Shown piece by piece: positions 50,884 through 64,000 of a stretch of 64,000 nucleotides of DNA. The notes under the pieces were generated by a model. The model worked only from the letters and a program-made list of their open reading frames with translations, was not told where the DNA came from and did not search any database. The stretch spans positions 24,242,001 to 24,306,000 of the forward strand of contig OZ024764.1 in assembly GCA_964016885.1 (NCBI GenBank), read 5' to 3'. The position numbers and the translations under genes are program-made. How positions within the stretch are numbered: the stretch's first letter is position 1; every line of letters begins with the position of its first letter. The DNA is from Eledone cirrhosa. Lineage: Eukaryota.

Positions 50884-51798
50884 TTAAGCCATAGGGTAAG
50901 TTCCAGTAATTGTACATTTATAACATCACAGGACTTGAACAGTGAATAATGAAACAACGATATAGAGGAAATTAAATCATTTTATTTGTTTTTACCCATT
51001 TCACCAGTCACAGGATATATTGATTGATAATGTTTTACGTGAGAGTAATATACAATATATGGAATACATAATGGTTTCTGATTGAGGGGGGAGGGAGTAG
51101 ATTAAATTGACCCCAGTGCATTACTGGTACTTTATTTTATCAACCCCGTATGGATGAAAGGCAAAGCTAACCTCAGCGGGATTTGAATCTCAGATCGTAA
51201 AGAGCCGTAACTCTATGCCACTAAGCATGCTGTCCGACGCTCTACCAATCCTGCCAATTCACCGCCCCTGAATTAAGACATCATAAGAATAAAAGATATA
51301 AAATCAAATTATTTACCATGCGCCATTGTCTCTTCAGAAACTCACATATGTATAAACGATTATTAACAAATTTATTAAAATAGAAAAATGAATATCTCAT
51401 AAGAGGGACATCTGCCGATGTTGTTGCTGTTGTTGTTGTTGTTGTTGGCATATTTTGGCCTTCACCAATGCTGGAGTTACCTGTAAGCTATTACTTAGGG
51501 CCACACACCCTCGTAGGCCTAATTTTTTTTTATATATTTTTATTTCATTGTTAGGTTTTATCTTTTACATTAAATCATCAAAAATGTTATATATATATAT
51601 TCTACACATATATACATTCTACACATCTCACACATCTTATACACACCACGCATCTCAACGTACACCCACTTACATCTTTCTCTCCACCACCGGACCTTGT
51701 TACCCGGAGATTTACCCATTTGCATTGTCGAGGCTTCCAAACGACTTAAAGATATTTACTTATTGTTCCACAATGCTTCAAGCAAACTTCAATACTCT

Positions 51799-51831
<33 letters not shown>

Positions 51832-51836
<5 letters not shown>

Positions 51837-51958
51837 AATGAGTAGGACCCCGACGGCTGAGCTCAAGCTGTTTCGACGGCTAATTCTGGACTGTATGAGT
51901 CCAGAATTAGCCGTCGAAACGGCTTGAGCTCAGCCGTCGGGGTCCTATTCGTTCCTAT
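51832..51958. repeat. GC-rich hairpin (~61-bp arms, 5-nt loop)
   Basis: ATAGGAATGAGTAGGACCCCGACGGCTGAGCTCAAGCTGTTTCGACGGCTAATTCTGGACT-gtatg-reverse complement. Confidence 0.9.
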
Positions 51959-52028
51959 TACCCACTCTACTACCCTAAGTATTGAGTACTGGTTATGGTC
52001 CACCTGGTTCCTTACCACTTTTCCTTCG

Positions 52029-52071
<43 letters not shown>

Positions 52072-52258
52072 CAGTCGATCGACTTTCGTCAAATCGGACC
52101 GAGGAAACAATGATTCCGCTAATACTATCTATCGGTTGCAACTCCAGGTAAACGCATCACCTGGTCTGGGAATTGAACTCACAACCTCACCATTGTGAAT
52201 CCAATTCTCTAACCACTCAGCCACACACCTTCATGGTCTGATCGAACCTATATATGGC

Positions 52259-53665
52259 GTCTGGTAGTATACAGTTATATAACTGTTATATATGGGGTCT
52301 GATAGTATACAGTTATATAACTGTTATATATCAGGTCTGATAGTATACAGCTATATAACTGTTATATATCAGGTCTGATAGTATACAGTTATATAACTGT
52401 TATATATGGCGTCTGATAGTATACAGTTATATAACTGTTATAGATCAGGTCTGATAGTATACAGTTATATAACTGTTATATATGGGGTCTGATAGTATAC
52501 AGTTATATAACTGTTATAGATCAGGTCTGATAGTATACAGTTATATAACTGTTATAGATCAGGTCTGATAGTATACAGTTATATAACTGTTATAGATCAG
52601 GTCTGATAGTATACAGTTATATAACTGTTATATATCAGGTCTGATAGTATACAGTTATATAACTGTTATATATCAGGTCTGATAGTATACAGTTATATAA
52701 CTGTTATATATGGGGTCTGATAGTATACAGTTATATAACTGTTATATATGGCGTCTGATAGTATACAGTTATATAACTGTTATATATCAGGTCTGATAGT
52801 ATACAGTTATATAACTGTTATATATGGTGTCTGATAGTATACAGTTATATAACTGTTATATATCAGGTCTGATAGTATACAGTTATATAACTGTTATATA
52901 TGGCGTCTGATAGTATACAGTTATATAACTGTTATATATCAGGTCTGATAGTATACAGTTATATAACTGTTATATATCAGATCTGATAGTATACAGTTAT
53001 ATAACTGTTATATATCAGGTCTGATAGTATACAGTTATATAACTGTTATATATGGGGTCTGATAGTATACAGTTATATAACTGTTATATATGGGGTCTGA
53101 TAGTATACAGTTATATAACTGTTATATATGGGGTCTGATAGTATACAGTTATATAACTGTTATATATGGGGTCTGATAGTATACAGTTATATAACTGTTA
53201 TATATGGGGTCTGATAGTATACAGTTATATAACTGTTATATATCAGGTCTGATAGTATACAGTTATATAACTGTTATAGATCAGGTCTGATAGTATACAG
53301 TTATATAACTGTTATAGATCAGGTTTGATAGTATACAGTTATATAACTGTTATAGATCAGGTCTGATAGTATACAGTTATATAACTGCTATAGATCAGGT
53401 TTGATAGTATACAGTTATATAACTGCTATAGATCAGGTCTGATAGTATACAGTTATATAACTGTTATAGATCAGGTTTGATAGTATACAGTTATATAACT
53501 GCTATAGATCAGGTTTGATAGTATACAGTTATATAACTGCTATAGATCAGGTCTGATAGTATACAGTTATATAACTGCTATAGATCAGGTTTGATAGTAT
53601 ACAGTTATATAACTGCTATAGATCAGGTTTGATAGCATACAGTTATATAACTGTTATAGATCAGA
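52259..53665. repeat. 38-bp satellite with an internal 16-bp palindrome (~37 copies)
   Basis: GTCTGATAGTAT-ACAGTTATATAACTGT-TATA(T/G)AT(CAG/GGG/GGC). Confidence 0.95.
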
Positions 53666-54068
53666 CAATATGTCAATATGATCAACCCTCCGAAATGATC
53701 GTTAAACAATAATATGGGTAGGTAAAATAACTTGACTTGGCTGTTATTATTTCCATTATTAAATTAATACCTAATATCTGACTGTGTATCTAAGGAATTA
53801 ACTCAGCGGAACCCGGAACATTTCTATGGATTTCACTAGATTACTCGCCATCAGATTACATTGAGTTCTATCTACGGTACGGACCCTACCACCAGAGGTA
53901 GACCACATTGTATATATATATATATATATGTTTATAAATATATATATATCCGTATGTGTTTGATGGCTGAGAGAAAAGACCACTCAATACTAAAGTAGAG
54001 TTTTAATATTCATTATTTAATATTCATTATGAAACTCCACAGTATCAAGACTCACTATTCGACCTTAA

Positions 54069-54542
54069 CCCTTTAGCATTTACATTACTCTATATATACT
54101 ATTGTATTTTCACAGTAAAGGCTTTACCTCACATAATACCTCACATAACATTTACATTACTCTATATATACTATTGTATTGTCACAGTAAAGGCTTTACC
54201 TCACATAATATATCACATAACATTTACATTACTCTATATATACTATTGTATTTTCACAGTAAAGACTTTACCTCACATAATATCTCACATAACATTTACA
54301 TTACTCTATATATACTATTGTATTTTCACAGTAAAGGCTTTACCTCACATAATATATCACATAACATTTACATTACTCTATATATACTATTGTATTGTCA
54401 CAGTAAAGGCTTTACCTCACATAATATCTCACATAATATTGAATCTATGAGATTTTGATATTATTTATTTTGAGAAAAATACCATAATGTTGGTATGAGT
54501 GGCCAGTTCTGGCCAGTTCTGGCCGGTTTAAATGCTAAAGGG
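54069..54542 (+). mobile_element. piggyBac-like MITE with ~6 x 60-bp units
   Basis: TTAA|CCCTTTAGCATTTA...TAAATGCTAAAGGG|TTcA. Confidence 0.82.
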
Positions 54543-54612
54543 TTCATATAATGAATACACACACACATACACACATACACACACATATACACACACACAT
54601 ATATATATCTAT

Positions 54613-54752
54613 ATCAAAAATTTAATATAGAAGTTGCTTCTACAGGACTTGAACTGTTTCATTCATATGAAATCATCAGGAATGCCTGATGATTTTATAT
54701 GAATGAAACATTTCTAGTTCTGTAAAAGCTATTTCTATATTAAATTTTTGAT
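54613..54752. repeat. Fold-back of two divergent hammerhead cores
   Basis: ...TTTCATTCATATGAAATCATCAGG-aatg-CCTGATGATTTTATATGAATGAAAC... Confidence 0.78.
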
Positions 54753-54816
54753 GTTTTCATGCCACTACTTACTCACTGTGGTTACTCCCGATTTAACTCC
54801 AGATCTACTGTTTTAG

Positions 54817-54850
<34 letters not shown>

Positions 54851-55480
54851 TATTTAGTCATTATCATTAACATTAATATAAAAAAATAATGATCATGTAT
54901 TTTAAATTTCTTTGCCCAAATTCTCTTAGATAAGGGCCTCAAATTTTATATAGCTTATGGCCTCAGCAGGTGAAAGTCTGGCCCTGGCTTTTACCAAGAT
55001 TTAGAAATCCGAATTCCTGTCAAAAATCCATATTTCTTTGTAGGTATTTCTCACATCAAATGGGTGACTGTAGCCAACTCTGTTGTAGTCACCCTTGACC
55101 TTGATATCGTCTTTCTTCAGAGCATTTCTTAATATAACAGCCTCCCAACTCCACCAGATTAATAAACGTTCAACTCCCCTGAAAAAGTAAAATTAAAAAC
55201 TTTAAATGTGGTTGACGTTAGGAAGGGCATCTAGCCGTAGAAAACTAGCCAGAAACAGTTCTATATGAGCGAGACATGGTTACCCAATCCAACTTGCCTC
55301 TAATGGGACAAACCTGTCTAACCCATGCTGGCGTGGAAGATAGACATTAAACAATGATGATGATGATAACACAGCTGTTTCATTTTGAACATTTCCAGTA
55401 ATTGATATAAACAAGCTTCCAGGTATATATAAATATACATATATATATAAATATACATACATATATATATATATATATAT

Positions 55481-55965
55481 ATTGTTATACTTAGGGAGGG
55501 TCATGTTGCCAATAAGAAACACACGCACCAGTTGCTTTCACTTCAATTTATTATAATAAATTTATAATAAGTTTATAAATTTATAAATTTCTGGTTGGTT
55601 GGTTGGTTCCACAACCAGATAGTTGTTTATATATAGTCATAGTTCTTTCGTCACACACTCCTTTGTTCTGTCCTACGCCATTTTGTTTCTGTGTGTGACA
55701 CACACAGAAACAAAATGGCGTAGGACAGAATAAAGGAGAGGCACAGAAACAAAGAAAGGAATCCCCAGTCACTGAAGAGGTCACAGAGTGTGTGACGAAA
55801 GAACTATGACTATATATAAACAACTATCTGGTTGTGGAACCAACCAACCAACCAGAAATTTATAAATTTATAAACTTATTATAAATTTATTATAATAAAT
55901 TGAAGTGAAAGCAACTGGTGCATGTGTTTCTTATTGGCAACATGACCCTCCCTAAGTATAACAAT
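55481..55965. repeat. Nested fold-back of the hammerhead-bearing element that also occurs unfolded at 22915-23245
   Basis: 55481-55660 is the reverse complement of 55786-55965, and 55661-55696 pairs with 55700-55737. Confidence 0.85.
55767..55811 (+). ncRNA. Minimal type-I hammerhead ribozyme motif (identical to 22983-23027)
   Basis: Same 45-nt sequence, inside a fold-back repeat. Confidence 0.78.
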
Positions 55966-56225
55966 ATCGGTTTCAACACACGATTTCAGATAAAGAATCT
56001 TGCTAAACAAATTCAGAAACGAAATATATATATATACATATAAATTAATAAAAATAATGAATAAAAACAAAGAAACAGTTGCTTATATTAAAAAATTCAT
56101 CATTTTACAATCGTTTCTAGGATATATATGTTTGTGTTGGTATGTATATCATATAGATCTATGTAAAATTTTTACAAACTATCAGAGGGTATATACATAC
56201 CTACACATATATATGCTGTCTTCAG

Positions 56226-56290
<65 letters not shown>

Positions 56291-56404
56291 TAGATACATA
56301 TATATATATCCAAAATTAAATTAAGGTTGTCATGTCTGAGAGACATGCGCCATATTCACTGCAGAATAAGCTCAAAGATTCCAATGAATAGATCCAAGCA
56401 TTTT

Positions 56405-56907
56405 ATATCAATTAGAAATAGATTGACAAATATATATATAAAATAAACACATGAAACAATCTCAGGGAATAATTTGTAAAGTGTGTAAGCACACATAGCT
56501 AGGTAGGTAACTAATTAAAGTTTAACTAGAACTTCAAATATAGATACCTTTTAAAATGATTAATCTCCTTTGTATATATTTCTTTAAATAAAAAATATAT
56601 TTCACCAATTAACCAGTAATGCACAGCAGTCAAATCCTGGATGGTCACCAAAGGAGAAGATCCAACCATCTGCGTTTACACAGATTTACTGCTGTGATTT
56701 ACTGGTTAATTGGTGAAATATATTTTTTATTTAAAGAAATATATACAAAGGAGATTAATCATTTTAAAAGGTATCTATATTTGAAGTTCTAGTTAAACTT
56801 TAATTAGTCACTTACCTAGCTATGTGTGCTTACACACTTTACAAATTATTCCCTGAGATTGTATCATGTGTTTATTTTATATATATATGTGTCAATCTAT
56901 TTCTAGT

Positions 56908-56912
<5 letters not shown>
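56405..56912. repeat. Inverted repeat (~230-bp arms, ~45-nt spacer)
   Basis: Arms are reverse-complementary with few mismatches. Confidence 0.88.
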
Positions 56913-56990
<78 letters not shown>

Positions 56991-57180
56991 AATGAAGTAA
57001 TTCTGTCGGAAAAGTCCAGGAAAAAAGAGTGCTCTATGTAGGTAACAGAGCTTAATAGTTATGTAATAAACAACATAAGGCAATTATTCCATTTACCAGT
57101 GGTTTCTTAAAAGCAAAAAATTTTGCTTTCAATCATCAGAATGAAAAAATCCTGGTGTATCTATTGATATTAGAATCCAA

Positions 57181-59207
57181 TATAAATTATATAAATTATA
57201 TAAAGTATATAAAGTATATAAAGTATATAAAGAATATAAATTATATAAAGTATATAAATTATATAAAGTATATAAATTATATAAAGTATATAAATTATAT
57301 AAAGTATATAAATTATATAAAGTATATAAATTATATAAAGTATATAAAGTATATAAATTATATAAATTATATAAAGTATATAAATTATATAAAGTATATA
57401 AAGTATATAAATTATATAAAGTATATAAAATATATAAAGTATATAAAATATATAATGTATATAAAATATATAAAGTATATAAATTATATAAAGTATATAA
57501 ATTATATAAAGTATATAAATTATATAAAGTATATAAAGTATATAAATTATATAAAGTATATAAATTATATAAAGTATATAAATTATATAAAGTATATAAA
57601 TTATATAAAGTATATAAATTATATAAAGTATATAAAATATATAAAGTATATAAAGTATATAAAATATATAATGTATATAAAATATATAAAGTATATAAAT
57701 TATATAAAGTATATAAATTATATAAAATATATAAATTATATAAATTATATAAAGTATATAAAGTATATAAATTATATAAAGTATATAAATTATATAAAGT
57801 ATATAAATTATATAAAGTATATAAATTATATAAAGTATATAAATTATATAAAGTATATAAATTATATAAAGTATATAAAGTATATAAATTATATAAAGTA
57901 TATAAATTATATAAAGTATATAAAGTATATAAATTATATAAAGTATATAAATTATATAAAGTATATAAATTATATAAATTATATAAAGTATATAAAGTAT
58001 ATAAAATATATAAAGTATATAAATTATATAAAGTATATAAATTATATAAAGTATATAAATTATATAAAGTTTATAAATTATATAAAGTATATAAATTATA
58101 TAAAGTATATAAATTATATAAAGTATATAAATTATATAAATTATATAAAGTATATAAATTATATAAAGTATATAAATTATATAAATTATATAAAGTATAT
58201 AAAGTATATAAATTATATAAAGTATATAAAGTATATAAATTATATAAAGTATATAAAGTATATAAATTATATAAAGTATATAAATTATATAAAGTATATA
58301 AATTATATAAAGTATATAAATTATATAAAGTATATAAATTATATAAAGTATATAAATTATATAAAGTATATAAATTATATAAAGTATATAAATTATATAA
58401 AGTATATAAATTATATAAAGTATATAAATTATATAAAGTATATAAAGTATATAAATTATATAAAGTATATAAATTATATAAAGTATATAAATTATATAAA
58501 GTATATAAAGTATATAAATTATATAAAGTATATAAATTATATAAAGTATATAAATTATATAAAGTATATAAATTATATAAAGTATATAAAGTATATAAAG
58601 TATATAAATTATATAAAGTATATAAAGTATATAAATTATATAAAGTATATAAATTATATAAAGTATATAAATTATATAAATTATATAAAGTATATAAAGT
58701 ATATAAAATATATAAAGTATATAAATTATATAAAGTATATAAATTATATAAAGTATATAAATTATATAAAGTATATAAAGTATATAAATTATATAAAGTA
58801 TATAAATTATATAAAGTATATAAATTATATAAAGTATATAAATTATATAAAGTATATAAATTATATAAAGTATATAAAGTATATAAATTATATAAAGTAT
58901 ATAAATTATATAAAGTATATAAATTATATAAAGTATATAAATTATATAAAGTATATAAATTATATAAAGTATATAAATTATATAAAGTATATAAATTATA
59001 TAAAGTATATAAAGTATATAAATTATATAAAGTATATAAATTATATAAAGTATATAAAGTATATAAATTATATAAAGTATATAAAGTATATAAAGTATAT
59101 AAATTATATAAAGTATATAAAGTATATAAAGTATATAAAGTATATAAATTATATAAAGTATATAAAGTATATAAAGTATATAAAGTATATAAAGTATATA
59201 AAATATA
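57181..59207. repeat. 9-bp AT-rich satellite (TATAAAGTA/TATAAATTA mosaics)
   Basis: Seen directly in the sequence. Confidence 0.97.
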
Positions 59208-59383
59208 ACTGGTTTCGATGTATTAATAAAATCCATCTTATCAAATGTTGAGTTTTACAATTAAAAAGGATTAATAAGAACTAAAAATGAAAGATTTCAA
59301 ATTAAGAGGTAAGTTTTTTTCCCATCCTCCTTGTTGAGAAGGAGGCTGGAGAATGAACTCTTGTGTATAGAGAGGTAGTCATT

Positions 59384-59425
59384 GTAGTAGTAGTAGTAGT
59401 GGTAGTAGTAGTGGTGGTGGTGGTG

Positions 59426-59505
<80 letters not shown>

Positions 59506-59656
59506 GGTGGTGGTGGTGGTGGTAGTAGTAGTAGTAGTAGTGGTGGAGGTGGTGGTGGTGGTGGTGGTGGTGGTGGTAGTAGTAGTGGTAGTTGTAGTAG
59601 TAGTAGTGGTGGTGGTGGTGGTGGTGGTGGTAGTAGTGGTAGTAGTAGTAGTGGTG

Positions 59657-59688
<32 letters not shown>

Positions 59689-59728
59689 GGTGGCGGTGGT
59701 GGTGGTGGTAGTGGTAGTAGAAATAGTG

Positions 59729-59772
<44 letters not shown>

Positions 59773-60013
59773 TGTAGTAGTAGTAGTGGTGGTGGTGGTG
59801 GTGGTAGTAGTGGTGGTGGTAGTAGTAGTGGTAGTAGTGGTGGTGGTGATGGTGGTGGTGGTGGTAGTAGTAGTAGTAGTAGTGGTGGTGGTGGTGGTGG
59901 TGGTGGTAGTAGTGGTAGTAGTAGTAGTGGTGGTGGTGGTGGTAGTAGTAGTAGTTGTAGTAGTAGTAGTGGTGGTGGTGGTAGTAGTAGTAGTAGTGGT
60001 AGTAGAAGTAGTG

Positions 60014-60048
<35 letters not shown>

Positions 60049-60282
60049 GGTAGCAGTAGTTGTAGTAGTAGTGGTGGTGGTGGTGGTGGTAGTAGTAGTG
60101 GTGGTGGTGGTGGTGGTGGTAGTAGTAGTGGTAGTAGTAGTGGTGGTGGTGGTGGTGGTAGTAGTAGTAGTAGTGGTGGTCGTAGTAGTAGTGGTAGTAG
60201 TAGTGGTGGTGGTGGTGGTGATGGTGGTGGTAGTAGTAGTAGTAGTGGTGGTCGTAGTAGTAGTGGTAGTAGTAGTAGTAGT
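59384..60282. repeat. (GTA/GTG)n compound microsatellite
   Basis: Seen directly in the sequence. Confidence 0.97.
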
Positions 60283-60544
60283 TCAGGTGGGGGGGGGGTG
60301 TAAGCTACAGACGAATTCTATGGCAACAGTGGGGTTGTAAAAGAAAGTCTATTTTTCATGTGAAAAAATCAATTGTAGGGAAAACTCCGAGGGGTGGGGT
60401 TATCTGAGGGGGTGGACCCACCCGACCTCCTTCGTTCTCCCAGAAAAAAGTCGATTGCCGAAATCTTGGAGGTTAGATTAGTTGATAGCACATGAAAAGA
60501 ACGAGGGAAAATATATTTTTCCCACTGAAATTAAGTGGGGCGTT

Positions 60545-60680
60545 CTCCCTTCCGCTTTGGAGCGGTCACTCTCGAGACCTTGGGCGTAGTTGGACCTGCC
60601 GAGCTCCTCAGCAAGATCAGCAGCCCCACTGAGGAAGGGGCACAGCAAGGTGGGGTGGCTGTTGCACTGGGTCTCATTAG
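60545..60680 (+). mobile_element. Possible second CRE-like RLE fragment
   Basis: RFGAVTLETLGVVGPAELLSKI resembles the FxPxAxETxGxxGP motif; short and degenerate. Confidence 0.4.
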
Positions 60681-60755
60681 AATCCACCAACCACCCTCTT
60701 CCCCTTCTCATTCTTCTGTGACCCTAGAGCGCTTCCCTTCATTTTCTCTTTTTAA

Positions 60756-62488
60756 CCCTTTAGCATTTAAACCAGCTGTATATGGCCAGAATTCTCTCAC
60801 CTCTTTCTTTTCAAAACTGCTGAAACCAGCTGCTCTTACTTATGTTAAGGTATTATTCTCAAAATAAATAATATCAAAATATCATAGATTTGATATTATG
60901 TGAGATAATTATGTGAGATGAAGCCTTTACCATGAAAATACAATAGTATATATAGAGTAATGTGAATGTTATGTGAGATATTATGTGAGGTAAAGCCTTT
61001 ACTGTGAAAATACAATAGTATATATAGAGTAATGTGAATGTTATGTGAGATATTATGTGAGGTAAAGCCTTTACTGTGACAATACAATAGTATATATAGA
61101 GTAATGGAGATATTATGTGAGATATTATGTGAGGTAAAGCCTTTACTGTGACAATACAATAGTATATATAGAGTAATGTAAATGTTATGTGAGATATTAT
61201 GTGAGGTAAAGCCTTTACCATGAAAATACAATAGTATATATAGAGTAATGTGAATGTTATGTGAGATATTATGTGAGGTAAAGCCTTTACTGTGAAAATA
61301 CAATAGTATATATAGAGTAATGTGAATGTTATGTGAGATATTATGTGAGGTAAAGCCTTTACTGTGACAATACAATAGTATATATAGAGTAATGGAGATA
61401 TTATGTGAGATATTATGTGAGGTAAAGCCTTTACTGTGACAATACAATAGTATATATAGAGTAATGTAAATGTTATGTGAGATATTATGTGAGGTAAAGC
61501 CTTTACTGTGACAATACAATAGTATATATAGAGTAATGTAAATGTTATGTGAGATATTATGTGAGGTAAAGCCTTTACTGTGACAATACAATAGTATATA
61601 TAGAGTAATGTAAATGTTATGTGAGATATTATGTGAGGTAAAGCCTTTACTGTGACAATACAATAGTATATATAGAGTAATGTAAATGTTATGTGAGATA
61701 TTATGTGAGGTAAAGCCTTTACTGTGACAATACAATAGTATATATAGAGTAATGTAAATGTTATGTGAGATATTATGTGAGGTAAAGCCTTTACTGTGAC
61801 AATACAATAGTATATATAGAGTAATGTAAATGTTATGTGAGATATTATGTGAGGTAAAGCCTTTACTGTGACAATACAATAGTATATATAGAGTAATGTA
61901 AATGTTATGTGAGATATTATGTGAGGTAAAGCCTTTACTGTGACAATACAATAGTATATATAGAGTAATGTAAATGTTATGTGAGATATTATGTGAGGTA
62001 AAGCCTTTACCATGAAAATACAATAGTATATATAGAGTAATGTAAATGTTATGTGAGATATTATGTGAGGTAAAGCCTTTACTGTGAAAATACAATAGTA
62101 TATATAGAGTAATGTAAATGTTATGTGAGATATTATGTGAGGTAAAGCCTTTACTGTGAAAATACAATAGTATATATAGAGTAATGTAAATGTTATGTGA
62201 GATATTATGTGAGGTAAAGCCTTTACTGTGAAAATACAATAGTATATATAGAGTAATGTAACTGTTATGTGAGATATTATGTGAGGTAAAGCCTTTACTG
62301 TGAAAATACAATAGTATATATAGAGTAATGTAAATGTTATGTGAGATATTATGTGAGGTAAAGCCTTTACTGTGAAAATACAATAGTATATATAGAATAA
62401 TGTAAATATTGTGTGAGATATTATGTGAGGTAAAGCCTTTACTGTGACAATACAATAGTATATATAGAGTAATGTAAATATTAAAGGG
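60756..62488 (-). mobile_element. piggyBac-like MITE with ~26 x 60-bp units
   Basis: TTAA|CCCTTTAGCATTTA...TAAATatTAAAGGG|TTAA. Confidence 0.82.
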
Positions 62489-62994
62489 TTAATGGCTGTA
62501 GATTTGTTTTTATTTGAAATACCCAAACAATATGTCAAGACTGGACACATCGTTGTATACTACTAACATATACTGTTAGCCAGCTTATCTATTTTGAACC
62601 CTTTTATTATGGTATTTATAGTGAAAAGTGAAGGCACATGTGTGGCTTAGTGGTTAGGGCATTCAGCTCTTGATTGTAGGGTTATGAGTTCAATTCCTGT
62701 TGAATCTTTCAGTAAGACACTTTATTTCATATTCCAGCTGAGTTCTAAAAGGAAAAAGCCAGCCTTGTCACATTCTATGTCATGCTGAATCTCCCTGAGA
62801 ACTATGTTATGGGTATGTAGAGCATTGCCGTGAACTCGTAAAAGATTTACTGTTAATGGAAGGGACTTTGCTACAGAACAGTTATTGAACTGGTTAGGAG
62901 TGAAGGCACTTCCAGTGGGATGGGTACCTTTGGAGGCTAAACTCCACCAGTTACAGACTGCGCATCAACATGTGATATCTTTCTCCACAAAGTT

Positions 62995-64000
62995 TGATCA
63001 CCAACAGCAGAGTTTAAAGAGCAAAGATCAAGTCCAGTCCATAAGTTGACATTATCAAGCCATCATTTTGACTGCTGGCTTCTGCTTCTCTTACCAGCCA
63101 CCCTTCCTTCCAGGAATATATAATACCTTTCATTCACCAACAGCAGAGTTTAAAGAGCAAAGATCAAGTCCCGTCCATAAGTTGACATTATCAAGCCATA
63201 GTTTTGACTGCCAGCCTCTACTTCTCTTACCAGCCAACCTTCCTTCTAGGAATATATAATACCTTTCGATCACCAACAGCAGAGTTTAAAGATCAAAGAT
63301 CAAGTCCAGTCCATAAGTTGACATTATCAAGCCATAGTTTTGACTGCCAGCATCTGCTTCTCTTACCAGCCAACCTTCCTTCCAGGAATATATAATACCT
63401 TTTGATCACCAGCAGCAGAGTTTAAAGATCAAAAATCAAGTCCCGTCCATAAGTTGACATTATCAAGCCATAGTTTTGACTGCCAGCCTCTACTTCTCTT
63501 ACCAGCCAACCTTCCTTCTAGGAATATATAATACCTTTCGATCACCAACAGCAGAGTTTAAAGATCAAAGATCAAGTCCAGTCCATAAGTTGACATTATC
63601 AAGCCATAGTTTTGACTGCCAGCATCTGCTTCTCTTACCAGCCAACCTTCCTTCCAGGAATATATAATACCTTTTGATCACCAGCAGCAGAGTTTAAAGA
63701 TCAAAAATCAAGTCCAGTCCATAGCTTGACATTATCAAGCCAGAGTTTTGACTGCCAGCCTCTGCTTCTCTTACCAGCCAACCTTCCTTCCAGACATAAC
63801 CTACTCACACCACGAGTTGATCTTTTTATATGGCCGTATAGTTTAAGTACTCTTGACTTGACAATTGATGTAATTGGTCTAAGTCTGGTAATGTTGAGCA
63901 GCTCACTGATACAGATACGGTCACTGAGCCACTTGCCAGTCATAAGTCTCATGATGTGGTTCTGGAATGTAGAGAGCTTCTGAAGTGACCTTGTCCTCGT
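62995..64000 (-). mobile_element. LINE C-terminal fragment whose end is amplified as a 136-bp tandem array (~6 copies)
   Basis: ORF 63701-63952 reads RVLKLYGHIKRS...EGRLAGKRSRGWQSKLWLDNVKLW. Period of 136 bp measured at 62999 and 63135. Confidence 0.75.

Noticed and set aside
52259-53665. CRISPR-like appearance of palindromic 38-bp repeats
   Set aside because: No unique spacers and no cas genes, in a eukaryotic context.
57155-60340. 698/688-aa YIK-repeat ORFs and the 325-aa poly-Val ORF
   Set aside because: These are translations of 9-bp and 3-bp simple repeats.

Overview
Repeat-rich, AT-rich animal genomic DNA, most likely a coleoid cephalopod such as octopus. That is an inference from the tandem TGEKP C2H2 gene, the RTE/SINE repertoire and the microsatellite density. 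Two host genes are supported. One is a 4-coding-exon mitochondrial malonyl-CoA:ACP transacylase (MCAT; minus strand, 25991->8491, 549 aa when spliced by hand). The other is a divergent C2H2 zinc-finger gene with a single coding exon (38148-39329). The rest is mobile DNA and tandem repeats: an intact two-ORF L1/Tx1-type retrotransposon in MCAT intron 3, RTE LINE and SINE copies, a deleted mariner, non-autonomous Helitrons, CRE-like fragments and a solo LTR. Two patterns stand out. First, at least 8 minimal type-I hammerhead-ribozyme motifs from several families, most of them inside local fold-back inverted repeats (Penelope/retrozyme-like). Second, the satellites repeatedly trace to mobile elements: a TTAA-flanked piggyBac-like MITE carries 1 to ~30 copies of a 60-bp unit, a hAT-like MITE carries a 53-bp array, and two arrays are amplified pieces of LINE coding sequence. 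All coordinates and alignments were read by eye and no database search was run.
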